Made by a program: the position numbers and the translations under genes
Shown: piece after piece, positions 47,493-56,614 of the stretch
Position numbering within the stretch: the stretch's first letter is position 1
Layout of the letters: each line of letters starts with the position of its first letter
Assembly: GCA_965248595.1 (NCBI GenBank)
Contig: CBDFJM010000003.1
Location: forward strand, 10,729 to 74,728
Reading direction: 5' to 3'
Source of the DNA: Dehalococcoidia bacterium
Lineage (GTDB): Bacteria; Chloroflexota; Dehalococcoidia; Lucifugimonadales; SHYF01
DNA: 64,000 nt
The notes under the pieces: model-generated
What the model was told of the DNA's origin: nothing
The model's input: only the letters and a program-made list of their open reading frames with translations
Databases searched by the model: none

Positions 47493-48245
47493 TCAATTCT
47501 TGGACCATCGTTTTACGGTCGTCAGAAGGTGGAGTGCTGCGTCCGCGACTCTTGGGTCTTCTTCTAGCCGCAGGGAAGCCGCTCTGCCTTCAGGAGAGTC
47601 GGACGTTCTTTCCGAATATAGGGTAATGCTAGCCTGGCCATTACCGTCTATTACAAGTTCATAGTTCTTGACTGTCCTAGTTGGCAGGTATAGGGCTACA
47701 GCGATCAAATCTCCTTCACTGCCGTGAGGATGGCGATTAAGCAAGTACACGATGGTATCTTGGTCTATCCACGTCTTCATCCTTTCAGGAAACTCTTCCA
47801 TGACCTCTCTTAGACGCTGTGCGTCCCGAGCCTCATGGTCCACGGCAGGTTCCGATTGTCCGACTACCGGAGCGCTGGCTGGAGTTGGAGTTGTCCCTGC
47901 TGTACCTGATGGTGTCTCTGCCTGTGTCGGCGACACAGTGTCCGACCCCACTTCACCTGTAGCTGTTGGTGTGCTTGATGGCGTCTCTACCTGAGTCCCT
48001 GCTCCACCGGCCCACTCCACATCGCTGGTAGGCGTTGGTGTGCTTGATGACACCTCTGTCTGGAGCGGCGTCCCAGCGCCAGAACCGGCGTCAATCATAG
48101 CTGTTGGTGTGCTTGATGGCGTCTCTACCTGAGTCCCTGCCCCACCGGCCCACTCCACATCGCTGGTAGGCGTTGGTGTGGAGCTTCCGCAGGCAGCTAC
48201 CGTCAAGGCCACCATTCCAACTACGATGGCTCCTAGAAGTCGCAT
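47493..48245 (-). CDS. Lipoprotein with Thr/Pro-rich internal repeats
   Basis: Start moved to ATG 48245 (MRLLGAIVVGMVALTVAAC lipobox). Repeated STPTPTSDVEWAGGAGTQVETPSSTPTA modules with a globular C-terminal domain. Confidence 0.65.
   Translation of the reverse strand: MRLLGAIVVGMVALTVAACGSSTPTPTSDVEWAGGAGTQVETPSSTPTAMIDAGSGAGTPLQTEVSSSTPTPTSDVEWAGGAGTQVETPSSTPTATGEVGSDTVSPTQAETPSGTAGTTPTPASAPVVGQSEPAVDHEARDAQRLREVMEEFPERMKTWIDQDTIVYLLNRHPHGSEGDLIAVALYLPTRTVKNYELVIDGNGQASITLYSERTSDSPEGRAASLRLEEDPRVADAALHLLTTVKRWSKN
47960..48181. repeat. Two 83-bp near-identical direct repeats (1 mismatch), period 139 bp, inside the lipoprotein gene
   Basis: TAGCTGTTGGTGTGCTTGATGGCGTCTCTACCTGAGTCCCTGC(T/C)CCACCGGCCCACTCCACATCGCTGGTAGGCGTTGGTGTG at 47960-48042 and 48099-48181. 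Confidence 0.9.
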
Positions 48246-49675
48246 GATGCCACCCCCATTAAGTCGAGAATCGAATACTTTCTCTAAATAGGACGCTCTT
48301 GCCGGAGGAATAGTTCCCGGGGAGTATAATTCTGCCCCTTCTTTCTCCAAGCAAATTCTGTATCAGCGGCTACGTTGGTCCACGGCTCTCAGTCGCTCAG
48401 CACTCTCATCAGCTGGACTCCCGTTCTAATTAGGTATACGCTTCAACTGTCAATTCCGTTCCATGAACTAGCGTCTCCTAAGCGAACTAGTGCCCATCTA
48501 CTCCCAGATGCCGTCAGGGCTCACCTAATATAGGCAATGACCCCCGTTAATAAAGAAGAAGCCCCACGCATACGGCGCAGGGCAGGAGTCTAGTCTTCAA
48601 ACGGTGGCTGGCCCGGCTCATGCCAGATCGTTCACGATGCGGTCTCTGAATTGCTCACCTCATCCCAACGAGCCAGAAACTTCTACCTCTAAGCAAACCT
48701 CCATCTCAATCGGAGAAGCCCCTCCGTTACTCAACCTCAAACTCGTCTATTCATCACAAACGTACACATAGGTCGTAAAACCGCCGAATTGAGACGCCTC
48801 TGTATCGTCGGGATATTCATTCTCTGCCCAAACACCATAGAGGAAATTGCCGCAGCCTTCATCGCTGACGTCCTCGCTGTATGACGGGTGTTTTCTAAAG
48901 AAGCTATTTCAAGGTTAGCGAACCATTATATCATGTGTCTCAAAAAACTTGTGTCGGAGATTATATGTTCATGGATTCGTTTGTCTCAACTGGTGGCATG
49001 GACTAGCCAGGCGGCCTAGTGAGTAGTCACCTGTGCCCGATACGCTCAGCGGTGGGAATCTTCGTGTGGGCCAGCTTCTGAGCATTACAAGTAGCTTCTT
49101 GTCCTTTGGGGAAGGCTACGCCGCCGCATGGTGAACGCATAGTATGGATAGTCATTTATCGACGCGACGTGCAGCTATAGTCACGTCCTCGCCCAGCGGG
49201 GGTTCTCCTCAATGCGTCACGACGCGAGCAGCAGGGGGCGAAACTCGTCTCTGGCCTGCTCGCAGACTTTTTGGGCCTCATCACTCATTACCTCCGATGA
49301 GACGAGGCACATGAGTCGCCATACCCTTTGGGTCTCAGGTTCTGAGACCTTCCAACTGTGTTCACTTCCCCCTGACCTGTTGCAGGGTCCAGAATCCGTT
49401 GTCAAATATGATACAAATGTATCATGCGGTCGGCTCACAACAGTGATATCTTTAGAGTTGCCAACGTTTAAGGGGAGATGGCGACGAAGCCCATTGGTCA
49501 GTAGTGGGTCGCCAACGATGCGCGTCAGAGATATGGCGACGAATTAGAAACACTCCCATTCAATTAGGACAAGACGACTTCAATGCCGATGGATGCAAAT
49601 TTCTGAACCTGATGATTCCTAATCATTTCGCCAACGGAGGTACTTGAGCAATGGCTTCTCTTTTTTGCCCGGCCA

Positions 49676-50245
49676 ATGATATTTTTCCAGGTCCTACTCC
49701 TGTTAGGCAGTGCGGTAATTCTACTGCTGACAGTGCCCAAAGCGATGGCTCACAATTATTCTCCCAGTTTCATTTGGGATACTGACGACACGATTACCGT
49801 CGAGAGCCGAATTCCTCAAAGTACGGATGTTCACTCCGCCGCTGATGACTACGACAACAATACTGACCTTAACGTTAATCGATGCACACCGAATGGAAAC
49901 TGCGGCAATGTGATTCACTACGACGGGAACTACGGGTCGTCGGAGCCTCCCGCCTGGGCAGATCCGCTGTCACAAATGGAGCCATGCTCTGATGACGACC
50001 ACGTGCTGAATGGCTACTGCAATGAGACCAACCATAAAGTCGATTTCTCATACATTTACTACAATACCCACTCGTACGCTACAAACCTTGTCGCTTACTA
50101 CGCCCGGCACGAAATGGGCCATGTGTGGGGTCTGGACCACGTCGCATGTTCCACCGCTTCCGTGATGTGGATAAACGCCTGCTCGGGTTCGGTCTGGGGA
50201 GTGCTAACCAGTCACGACAGGTCGGACGTGAACAGCAAGTATTAA
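49676..50245 (+). CDS. Small secreted metzincin-type zinc metalloprotease (snapalysin-like size)
   Basis: 189 aa. Signal peptide ...VPKAMA|HN, HEMGHVWGLDH (HExxHxxGxxH) and a possible Met-turn SVMW. Confidence 0.75.
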   Translation: MIFFQVLLLLGSAVILLLTVPKAMAHNYSPSFIWDTDDTITVESRIPQSTDVHSAADDYDNNTDLNVNRCTPNGNCGNVIHYDGNYGSSEPPAWADPLSQMEPCSDDDHVLNGYCNETNHKVDFSYIYYNTHSYATNLVAYYARHEMGHVWGLDHVACSTASVMWINACSGSVWGVLTSHDRSDVNSKY

Positions 50246-50300
50246 CCCAGGTTTGTTCGGGTTGCCCGAGGCACAAAATCCCTCATTTAAGGAGACTCTC

Positions 50301-50984
50301 GTGGAAGCATCATCCGGAAGACTCAAAACGCCAGCCCGATTCCTACTCCCGCTCGTCACAGTGGTGATGGTCGTCCTCGCTCTATATTTCTTGATCGTCT
50401 CTGCCCAGAATGCTGCGAACCCACTCGTTGGAGCTAGCCTCGCCGTTTGGGCACCGGAGCCGGGCAGCATACAGACGCTGGTCAATCGGTCCGACGCCAT
50501 CGTCATCGGTCGCATCGACAGCATTCTTGCCGAGCGTATCGAGGGACCATACGGCGCTTCAGAAAACACTGATCAGCGGGATGTGCCCCAACCTGCTGAA
50601 TATCCCTACACGTACTACAGCATCGCCCCTGATGTGGTAGTCTTGGACGATGGTCTGGTTCGTGACAACCTCGTGATCAAGCTCAAGGGGTTCAAGAGCA
50701 AGCGCGGGTCATCACCACTGCGGATATCGCTGCCCGACGTCGGGGACGAGTTCGTGTTCTTCCTCAGCCGAAACCCCGACGACAAGAGCTACAGCTTCCT
50801 GGGCCCGTGGGCGCTGGTTGACGTTTCAGGGCCTACAGTCGTCCAATACGGCGGCGCCCGTCCGGAACCTACCTTCGCACCTGACGCCAATCCCGCTAGC
50901 TTCGCAGCGATGGTGGCCCTTGCTACACACGACAGGGTGCCAGCCTCTCCGCTTGGCGACACCAATTTGTTGGTAGACGAATAG
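50301..50984 (+). CDS. Hypothetical membrane-anchored/secreted protein
   Basis: ORF 50253..50984. GTG 50301 has an AAGGAG 7 nt upstream. Single N-terminal TM helix. No known motif. Confidence 0.5.
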   Translation: MEASSGRLKTPARFLLPLVTVVMVVLALYFLIVSAQNAANPLVGASLAVWAPEPGSIQTLVNRSDAIVIGRIDSILAERIEGPYGASENTDQRDVPQPAEYPYTYYSIAPDVVVLDDGLVRDNLVIKLKGFKSKRGSSPLRISLPDVGDEFVFFLSRNPDDKSYSFLGPWALVDVSGPTVVQYGGARPEPTFAPDANPASFAAMVALATHDRVPASPLGDTNLLVDE

Positions 50985-51235
50985 AGGAGGTGCTGTAGCC
51001 GATCCCCCGGCTCACACCTTGATGCATATGATTTGATACGGGCTGGCGTAGCCCGGGGGGTCGCCGCTCTCCTGATCCAAAGCGGCTCCCATGGTCGTCG
51101 AGTAGAGATGCGTTGGCAGCTCCCCTGCACGCTCTGAGATAGGCCCAAGACCGCTGATACCGCACAGTCTTTTTGACAAGCTCCCATGGCTTGCTACAGT
51201 GAGGATGCGACTACGCGTTTCCTATGACTACGGCT

Positions 51236-51585
51236 GTAGCTCCAGGTCATCGTGGACAACGGCCCCGAATTCGCCGGAAGGGTCTTGGATGCATGGGCCC
51301 TACCGGAGCGGTGCGACTGCACTTCATCGACCCCGGCAAGCCCATCCAGAACGCATTCATCGAGAGCTTCAACGGACAGCTCCGCGACGAGTGTCTCAAC
51401 GAGCACTGGTTCATGAGCTTGCCCGCTGCCCAGCGCATCGTGGCGACCTGGCGAGACGACTACAATGCCATCCGGCCCCACAGCGCCCTGGGCAACCGGA
51501 CACCAGAGGAGTTCGCACAACAGATGGTCAGGAAAACGCCGGTCGGACTCTAAGGATCCCTAGACCTAATCCGGGGAGCAGGTCA
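51236..51585 (+). pseudogene. Remnant of an IS3-family (IS2/IS407-like) transposase OrfB C-terminus with right inverted repeat
   Basis: VIVDNGPEFAG... in one frame and RLHFIDPGKPIQNAFIESFNGQLRDECLNEHWF...RPHSALG in another. The element end ...GGGGAGCAGGTCA lies at 51585. Confidence 0.8.
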
Positions 51586-52414
51586 ATACCACCGAATGGT
51601 CCACTCCGTGAGCCGGGCTACTGAGACTTTGAATGTGATCTCAGTTTACTAGGTTCGAGAGCGCAACTTCACGCCAGGATGTAGGGTATAACCCAAAGAA
51701 GCCAGCCGACATGAACTTCTGAGTCGTCTCAGTATCGGCCATGCTATTCGATTCCATGGATGGTCTTGAAGACGCCAATGGCAGTTAGCAGCTGCTCCCG
51801 GGTGAGATCGTGACCATAAGCGATGAGGCTAGGTCCGTCGAACCTGGGGAAGCTGATGCCGGCGAACCCTCCGGAGACGTCCGTGGAGACAAGTAGCTTG
51901 GCATTGACTCCTCCGACCTCATGGTAGAGGACAGTGTAGTCGCTCTCCCTGTTTGAGTGGGGGTCGGACTAGGAGGCAGCTGACTAATATCTTTCCTGTA
52001 GTAGTCCTGCTATAATAGGTTCCTAGCGACAGGAAAAACTTACTCAGGCTCTTCGAAGCAGTTGGCTGTGGCGCTAACCGGTGCCACCATGGCCAGCTGC
52101 GATTTGGTTACCTTTGACAGATTTCTGTGATAGGGACACTTGGGTATTTGCAGGAAGGCCCTCTCGGGGGCCGATAGGCCGGAGCTGAGCGTAGGCCGGA
52201 GCTGAGCGAAGGGAGCACCGCAACATGACGTTTCATGCGGTGGGTTACGCCAACAAGAAAGGGCCGTGTGATATATCTGCCGCCGCCTTGCTCTGCTTGA
52301 AGGGCAGCGGCCGTCGTCATGCCTCTCTGTACTTCAGGAACCGGGCCACGAGATCGGCGCTTACAGCATTCGGGTGCGGCCATTCCATATGCGGTGGGCT
52401 GGAGTTTCTCGTTG

Positions 52415-53083
52415 ATGACCATTGGCATCCTTGACCTGTTGAACCAAGCGCCATACGGTGCCTATGCCGTGGACATGAGCCAGACCATCTTGTTCTGGAA
52501 CCCCAGCGCCGAGCGGATTCTCGGCTTCAAAGCGGACCAGGTGATTGGGCGTCGTTGCTACGAGGTCTTACGAAACCTGCCCGAGGAGGGTTCGACCCCT
52601 ATATGCATCGAGAGCTGCCCCTCCATCCGGCTCGCCAGGGAAGGGCGCATCCCGCCGGTAGTCCACGTTCGGATGCTCTGCGCCTCAGGTCGCCGAATGC
52701 GAGCTACTATCACCCCAATAACGATTCCGGCCACCCGATCCAATGATTCGATACTGGTACACCTGTTCCACGTCGAGGCAGATGACGAACGGGCTAGAAG
52801 GGTCGCCAGTTCCGTCCAGAATGTGCTGCTGAAAGGGAGTACGTCGGCACCATCAGCGGACCCGATCACACAAGCGGCACTCAGACGGGTCAGTCCCCTG
52901 ACGGCCCGTGAGGTGGAAGTGTTGCATCTTCTGGCCCTGGGACTTGAGACCAAGGAGATCGCTGCTGAGCTGCACGTTAGCAGCAACACTGTTCGCAACC
53001 ACTTCAGCAATGCCCGGGGGAAGGTGCAGGCGAAGACGAAGCTGGGCGCGGTGCTCGCCGCCCAGCGTCTCGGTCTGATCTAG
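52415..53083 (+). CDS. PAS-domain LuxR-family transcriptional regulator
   Basis: Start moved to ATG 52415. PAS-like LNQAPYGAYAVDMSQTILFWNPSAERILGF. C-terminal LTAREVEVLHLLALGLETKEIAAELHVSSNTVRNH. Confidence 0.85.
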   Translation: MTIGILDLLNQAPYGAYAVDMSQTILFWNPSAERILGFKADQVIGRRCYEVLRNLPEEGSTPICIESCPSIRLAREGRIPPVVHVRMLCASGRRMRATITPITIPATRSNDSILVHLFHVEADDERARRVASSVQNVLLKGSTSAPSADPITQAALRRVSPLTAREVEVLHLLALGLETKEIAAELHVSSNTVRNHFSNARGKVQAKTKLGAVLAAQRLGLI

Positions 53084-53197
53084 CGCCTTTCGCCTCCGCC
53101 TGTGTCGACTCCACCTCATCCGGGCTGAATACCGGAATCTCTTGAAGGAAGATAGTGCAAATGCATCAGTTAAGAACCGTCTCCGGTATAAGAAATA

Positions 53198-53350
53198 TTT
53201 GACTCTGGCTCAGGATTGGGCCGGGTACTCAGGACCCTACCACAGTCACTTCCTTGAGTGAAAGCGAGGACAATGTTTTGACTCTGGCTTCGGATTGGGC
53301 CGAGTACTCAGGACCCTATCACAATCACTTCCTTGAGTGAAAGCGAGGAC
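53198..53350. repeat. Tandem duplication of a 74-bp unit (period 79 bp) in the 5' region of the downstream gene
   Basis: TTTGACTCTGGCT(C/T)(A/C)GGATTGGGCCG(G/A)GTACTCAGGACCCTA(C/T)CACA(G/A)TCACTTCCTTGAGTGAAAGCGAGGAC at 53198-53271 and 53277-53350. Confidence 0.9.
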
Positions 53351-53356
53351 GAAGTA

Positions 53357-54019
53357 ATGACTAAATGGACGATAAAGAGCAAGCCAACCTTCTTGGTGTT
53401 GGGAGCAGCGCTTACAGCACTGTTCGTAGTTTCTTTGCTTGTATACACGGACCAAGCTGGGGTTCAGGCCAGTTCAGGTAATCTGCTTCCAAGCATGACG
53501 ATGGTGTACGAAGTGTACGGCCCCTCCATTTCCGTCGGGGAGCGCTCTATCGAGCCCTTTAAGGAGTTGCATCGCCTCGAATACCAGTCGGAGACTGAAT
53601 GGGTCGACACCGTGATCGAGTCTCCGTCGGTCGACCTTGGCCGGTATGGCGTCGGGAGTAACGTCGGCTCGTACACGAGGTTGGATGGCAGAGCTATCGA
53701 CGAGTACGATGCAATGGATGGCAGCATGGAGGAGAGCGCCGTCTCCGAGGACAGCATCTTCGTGCCGAACTCGGCTTTCGCTTACGCTTTGGCAACGCCT
53801 AACTCCATGGACGACACCCCGGGGCTCTCGAAATCCCAAGTAGTCAGCAGTGCGACAGTGTGCTTCAACGGCGATTGCGAAGAGAATGCGCGTGGGGTTC
53901 TGTATAGCGGCGACGGGTTCGAGCTAGTAATGTTGATGAACGACTCTTGGGGCATCCCCCTTAGATTGGGGGACGGATTCCTGGTCAGGGAAATCGAGAT
54001 TCAGGTCGTAAAGCAATAG
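53357..54019 (+). CDS. Hypothetical membrane-anchored/secreted protein
   Basis: ATG 53357 preceded by GAGGAC. N-terminal TM segment PTFLVLGAALTALFVVSLLVY. No known motif. Confidence 0.5.
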   Translation: MTKWTIKSKPTFLVLGAALTALFVVSLLVYTDQAGVQASSGNLLPSMTMVYEVYGPSISVGERSIEPFKELHRLEYQSETEWVDTVIESPSVDLGRYGVGSNVGSYTRLDGRAIDEYDAMDGSMEESAVSEDSIFVPNSAFAYALATPNSMDDTPGLSKSQVVSSATVCFNGDCEENARGVLYSGDGFELVMLMNDSWGIPLRLGDGFLVREIEIQVVKQ

Positions 54020-54021
54020 CC

Positions 54022-55164
54022 CTACCGCCCGGCCCTGGGCATGGACTCTGGACGCTGCTTCCAATGCTTCTCGAAGAGGGTGCCGTAGGCTCCCCGCTGG
54101 GTGTAGCCGATGGCATCGGGCTCGGAGTCCATCCCGCACAGCATCACCTGCTCCTCGTAGGGAGGCAGCCCCGATGCCACGTCGGAGAGTCTGAGGAACA
54201 CGCTATTGCCTATGAGGTGAAACAGGGCGGCTGGGGCGAGCCCCGGCCGTTCCCGCACCACCTTGCGGTATCTCCGCCTACGGCTGAACCGTCCGTCCTC
54301 CACCGAGTCGTCGTCGTCCTTGCCGATGGTGTGCTCCTCGAAGCCGTAGCGGGATATCCACCTTCCCTCCTCGGAGCGCCCGAACTCCGTCCTGATGGCC
54401 GGGCTGAACCGGTAGAGCAGGTGGAACAAGGTGCTCGAATACCCTCCAGAGAGGGTGCCGGTCAGGGTGAGGGAGCGCCCGCAGGAGTCGGCGAGGACGC
54501 CCGCTGCGATGCCCTGGGCGGAGCCCCTTCCTTTGTACTCATGCACCTCGTCTGTTACGAGCAGCTCGAAGAAGCCCTTCATCCGCTTCTTGATGTAGTC
54601 GGCGAGCGGGTATCGCTTCGGCCCGTTGGGGTCGGCTTGCCAGAGGGCGGAGCCGCACCCAGCGCAGGTGCGCCGCTTGCGCCCCATCTCCTCGGCGGTC
54701 AGGGGCACACCGTCCTTGTCCACGATCTGGCTGGCCCGTTCTCTTGACATGATGGCGAAGAGGGGTCCTGGGCCGGTGGAGAGGCGCAGCTTCTCCAGGT
54801 CGGTGATGGAGGCGACGATGGCGACGCGGGCCTTGGGCACCGTCTGCTCGACCTCCCGCTTCCACTTCCGGGTCAGGTGCGGGGGTGTGAGGACGAGCAC
54901 CCGCTGGAAGCCAGCGGCGTAGGCTGCCGATGCGCCGAGGAAGGTCTTGCCGGTGCCCATCTCCCCCACGATGTTTGTGCCCTGGTGGGCCTTGAGGGAG
55001 AGGGTCACACCCCGTATGGCGTCGGCCTGCGCCCCCAGGGGGGAGCGTAGGAGTTGGGGCAGGCCGACGCCGTTCTGAGAGGGCCGGTAGAGGGGCGGGT
55101 AGGACTCCACCACCCGCTGAGCTATTGCGTCTCGGTAGGTGTCGATGAACTGAGCGAGGTCCAT
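54022..55164 (-). CDS. SNF2/DEAD-like helicase, N-terminal ATPase lobe only (3'-truncated)
   Basis: 380 aa. Walker A GEMGTGKT, motif II LLVTDEVHEY and LTGTLSGG. No helicase C-terminal lobe. The ORF stops exactly at the junction with AT-richer DNA. Confidence 0.75.
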   Translation of the reverse strand: MDLAQFIDTYRDAIAQRVVESYPPLYRPSQNGVGLPQLLRSPLGAQADAIRGVTLSLKAHQGTNIVGEMGTGKTFLGASAAYAAGFQRVLVLTPPHLTRKWKREVEQTVPKARVAIVASITDLEKLRLSTGPGPLFAIMSRERASQIVDKDGVPLTAEEMGRKRRTCAGCGSALWQADPNGPKRYPLADYIKKRMKGFFELLVTDEVHEYKGRGSAQGIAAGVLADSCGRSLTLTGTLSGGYSSTLFHLLYRFSPAIRTEFGRSEEGRWISRYGFEEHTIGKDDDDSVEDGRFSRRRRYRKVVRERPGLAPAALFHLIGNSVFLRLSDVASGLPPYEEQVMLCGMDSEPDAIGYTQRGAYGTLFEKHWKQRPESMPRAGR

Positions 55165-55287
55165 TGGTCGTCTCCTTCCTTATATATAGATATGTATGCC
55201 GGGTTCTTGTGGGTTGTAGCAAGAGGCGAGGCCCCGCTGGTCACTGACACCAGTGGGGCCTCGTGATGCGGCTCTGGGTGAGCAGTC

Positions 55288-56325
55288 TTATGCGGCGATG
55301 TCGGTTATCATGCCGTCCTCCAGGTCCAACGCGACGACAGTGGTGCGGAGCTTCTCCCGGTAGGTCTCCTTATCGGGGGTCTCCTCCACCAGGACCAGCT
55401 CCTTGGTGGTCTTCCCCTTGACCAGGATGCGCCGACCGTCGGCCTGGAGCTGGAGGTTGTCCAGGAAACCGGCAGCGATGAGCATGGCCATGTGTCCGCG
55501 ACGGAGCGGCATCAGTGGACGGGTGCGTTGGTCTTTGCTGGGCCACAGCGCGTCGGTGACCTCGGCGTTGGCCCACAGGCCGGAACGCCTCGCCTCGGCA
55601 GCAGCGGCCACGGGATCGACGTTGCGGGTGGCGAACAGGATGTCGCCTGCATCGGCGGTGGATGGGGTGTAGACGGGGTAGTTCGAGGAGACCAGCGGTC
55701 TTGGCTCCCCCTCCGACCACTCCCGTATCTCCCTCTCGACCTCCACGTCCAGATGGGGCTCCAGTTGCCGGTAGCCCATGACCACCACCTGGTCGAATGC
55801 CTCACGCTCAGGGTGCGGGAAAGCCCAGCACCTCAGCCTGGCGTAGTATGACGCCAGGTACTTGGCGGAGACGGCGAGACGCTGCCGGGGCACGATGAAC
55901 ACCAGCAGCCCTCCCTGGTCCAGGTAGCGGGTGACGTGGGTGAGAAACGCGTGCTCCGTCCGCTTACTTTCCGGATCGTGGTCGTATGGAGGGTTCAAAA
56001 AGCAGACGCCGAACGCCTGGTTGCCGATGGAGGTCTGGAACAGGTCCGCCGCCAGGGTGCGGCGCAAACGGCCCGCCGCCTCTTCCGCTCTCTCCTGGTG
56101 CAGCTCCACCCCGTAGGTCTCGATGGGGACCGTGTTGACGCTGGCCAACCGCTCCGCCAGTTGGGCCGCCGCTTCCCCCGCACCGCAGCAGGGGTCGAGG
56201 ATGCGGAGCGCCTCCCGGTTCCGGTAGTAGGAGCCCGAAGGAACCCGTATCAGCGAGGCGATGAAGTCAACCACCCGTTCTGGCGTGGGGTAAAAGCCCC
56301 CTTTACTCTGTGCTGCTAGTCTCAT
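55288..56325 (-). CDS. N6-adenine-type DNA methyltransferase (resembles mobile-element DUF6094-type methylases, from memory)
   Basis: 345 aa. FYPTPERVV, motif I ILDPCCGAGEAA and motif IV CFLNPPYD. Confidence 0.75.
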   Translation of the reverse strand: MRLAAQSKGGFYPTPERVVDFIASLIRVPSGSYYRNREALRILDPCCGAGEAAAQLAERLASVNTVPIETYGVELHQERAEEAAGRLRRTLAADLFQTSIGNQAFGVCFLNPPYDHDPESKRTEHAFLTHVTRYLDQGGLLVFIVPRQRLAVSAKYLASYYARLRCWAFPHPEREAFDQVVVMGYRQLEPHLDVEVEREIREWSEGEPRPLVSSNYPVYTPSTADAGDILFATRNVDPVAAAAEARRSGLWANAEVTDALWPSKDQRTRPLMPLRRGHMAMLIAAGFLDNLQLQADGRRILVKGKTTKELVLVEETPDKETYREKLRTTVVALDLEDGMITDIAA

Positions 56326-56585
56326 GACGTCTCTCCTTTCTCATGGTCGGTCGATATTGATGGGCCGAACTTGCAGGGTTCGGGGTTGCAGAAGTAGCAG
56401 TCCCTCCTCGCCCTGGGCGGTGGGACGTAGTCCTCGGCGGACAGCGCCTGGAATATCACCTGCACCCCGCAGGAGTTGCAGTGGTAGCTCTCTCCGGTAT
56501 GGACATCCTTGTCCGGCTCCTCAATCTGGGCGGACCGCTCCTCGCAGTGCGGGCAGGTGAAGAACAGGGTCTGGTTTGTGGTCAT
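56322..56585 (-). CDS. Zinc-ribbon protein (87 aa, three CxxC pairs)
   Basis: ATG 56585 with AAGGAG 8 nt upstream, inside the listed 186-aa ORF. CPHC...CNSC...CYFC. ATGA overlap with the methyltransferase. Confidence 0.6.
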   Translation of the reverse strand: MTTNQTLFFTCPHCEERSAQIEEPDKDVHTGESYHCNSCGVQVIFQALSAEDYVPPPRARRDCYFCNPEPCKFGPSISTDHEKGETS

Positions 56586-56614
56586 AGTGTTTCTCCTTTC
56601 ATCGGCTACCGCCT

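Noticed and set aside
47960-48181. Possible diversity-generating retroelement (template/variable repeat pair)
   Set aside because: The two copies differ at one C/T position rather than at adenines. Both lie inside the same gene as a tandem module, and no reverse transcriptase is nearby.
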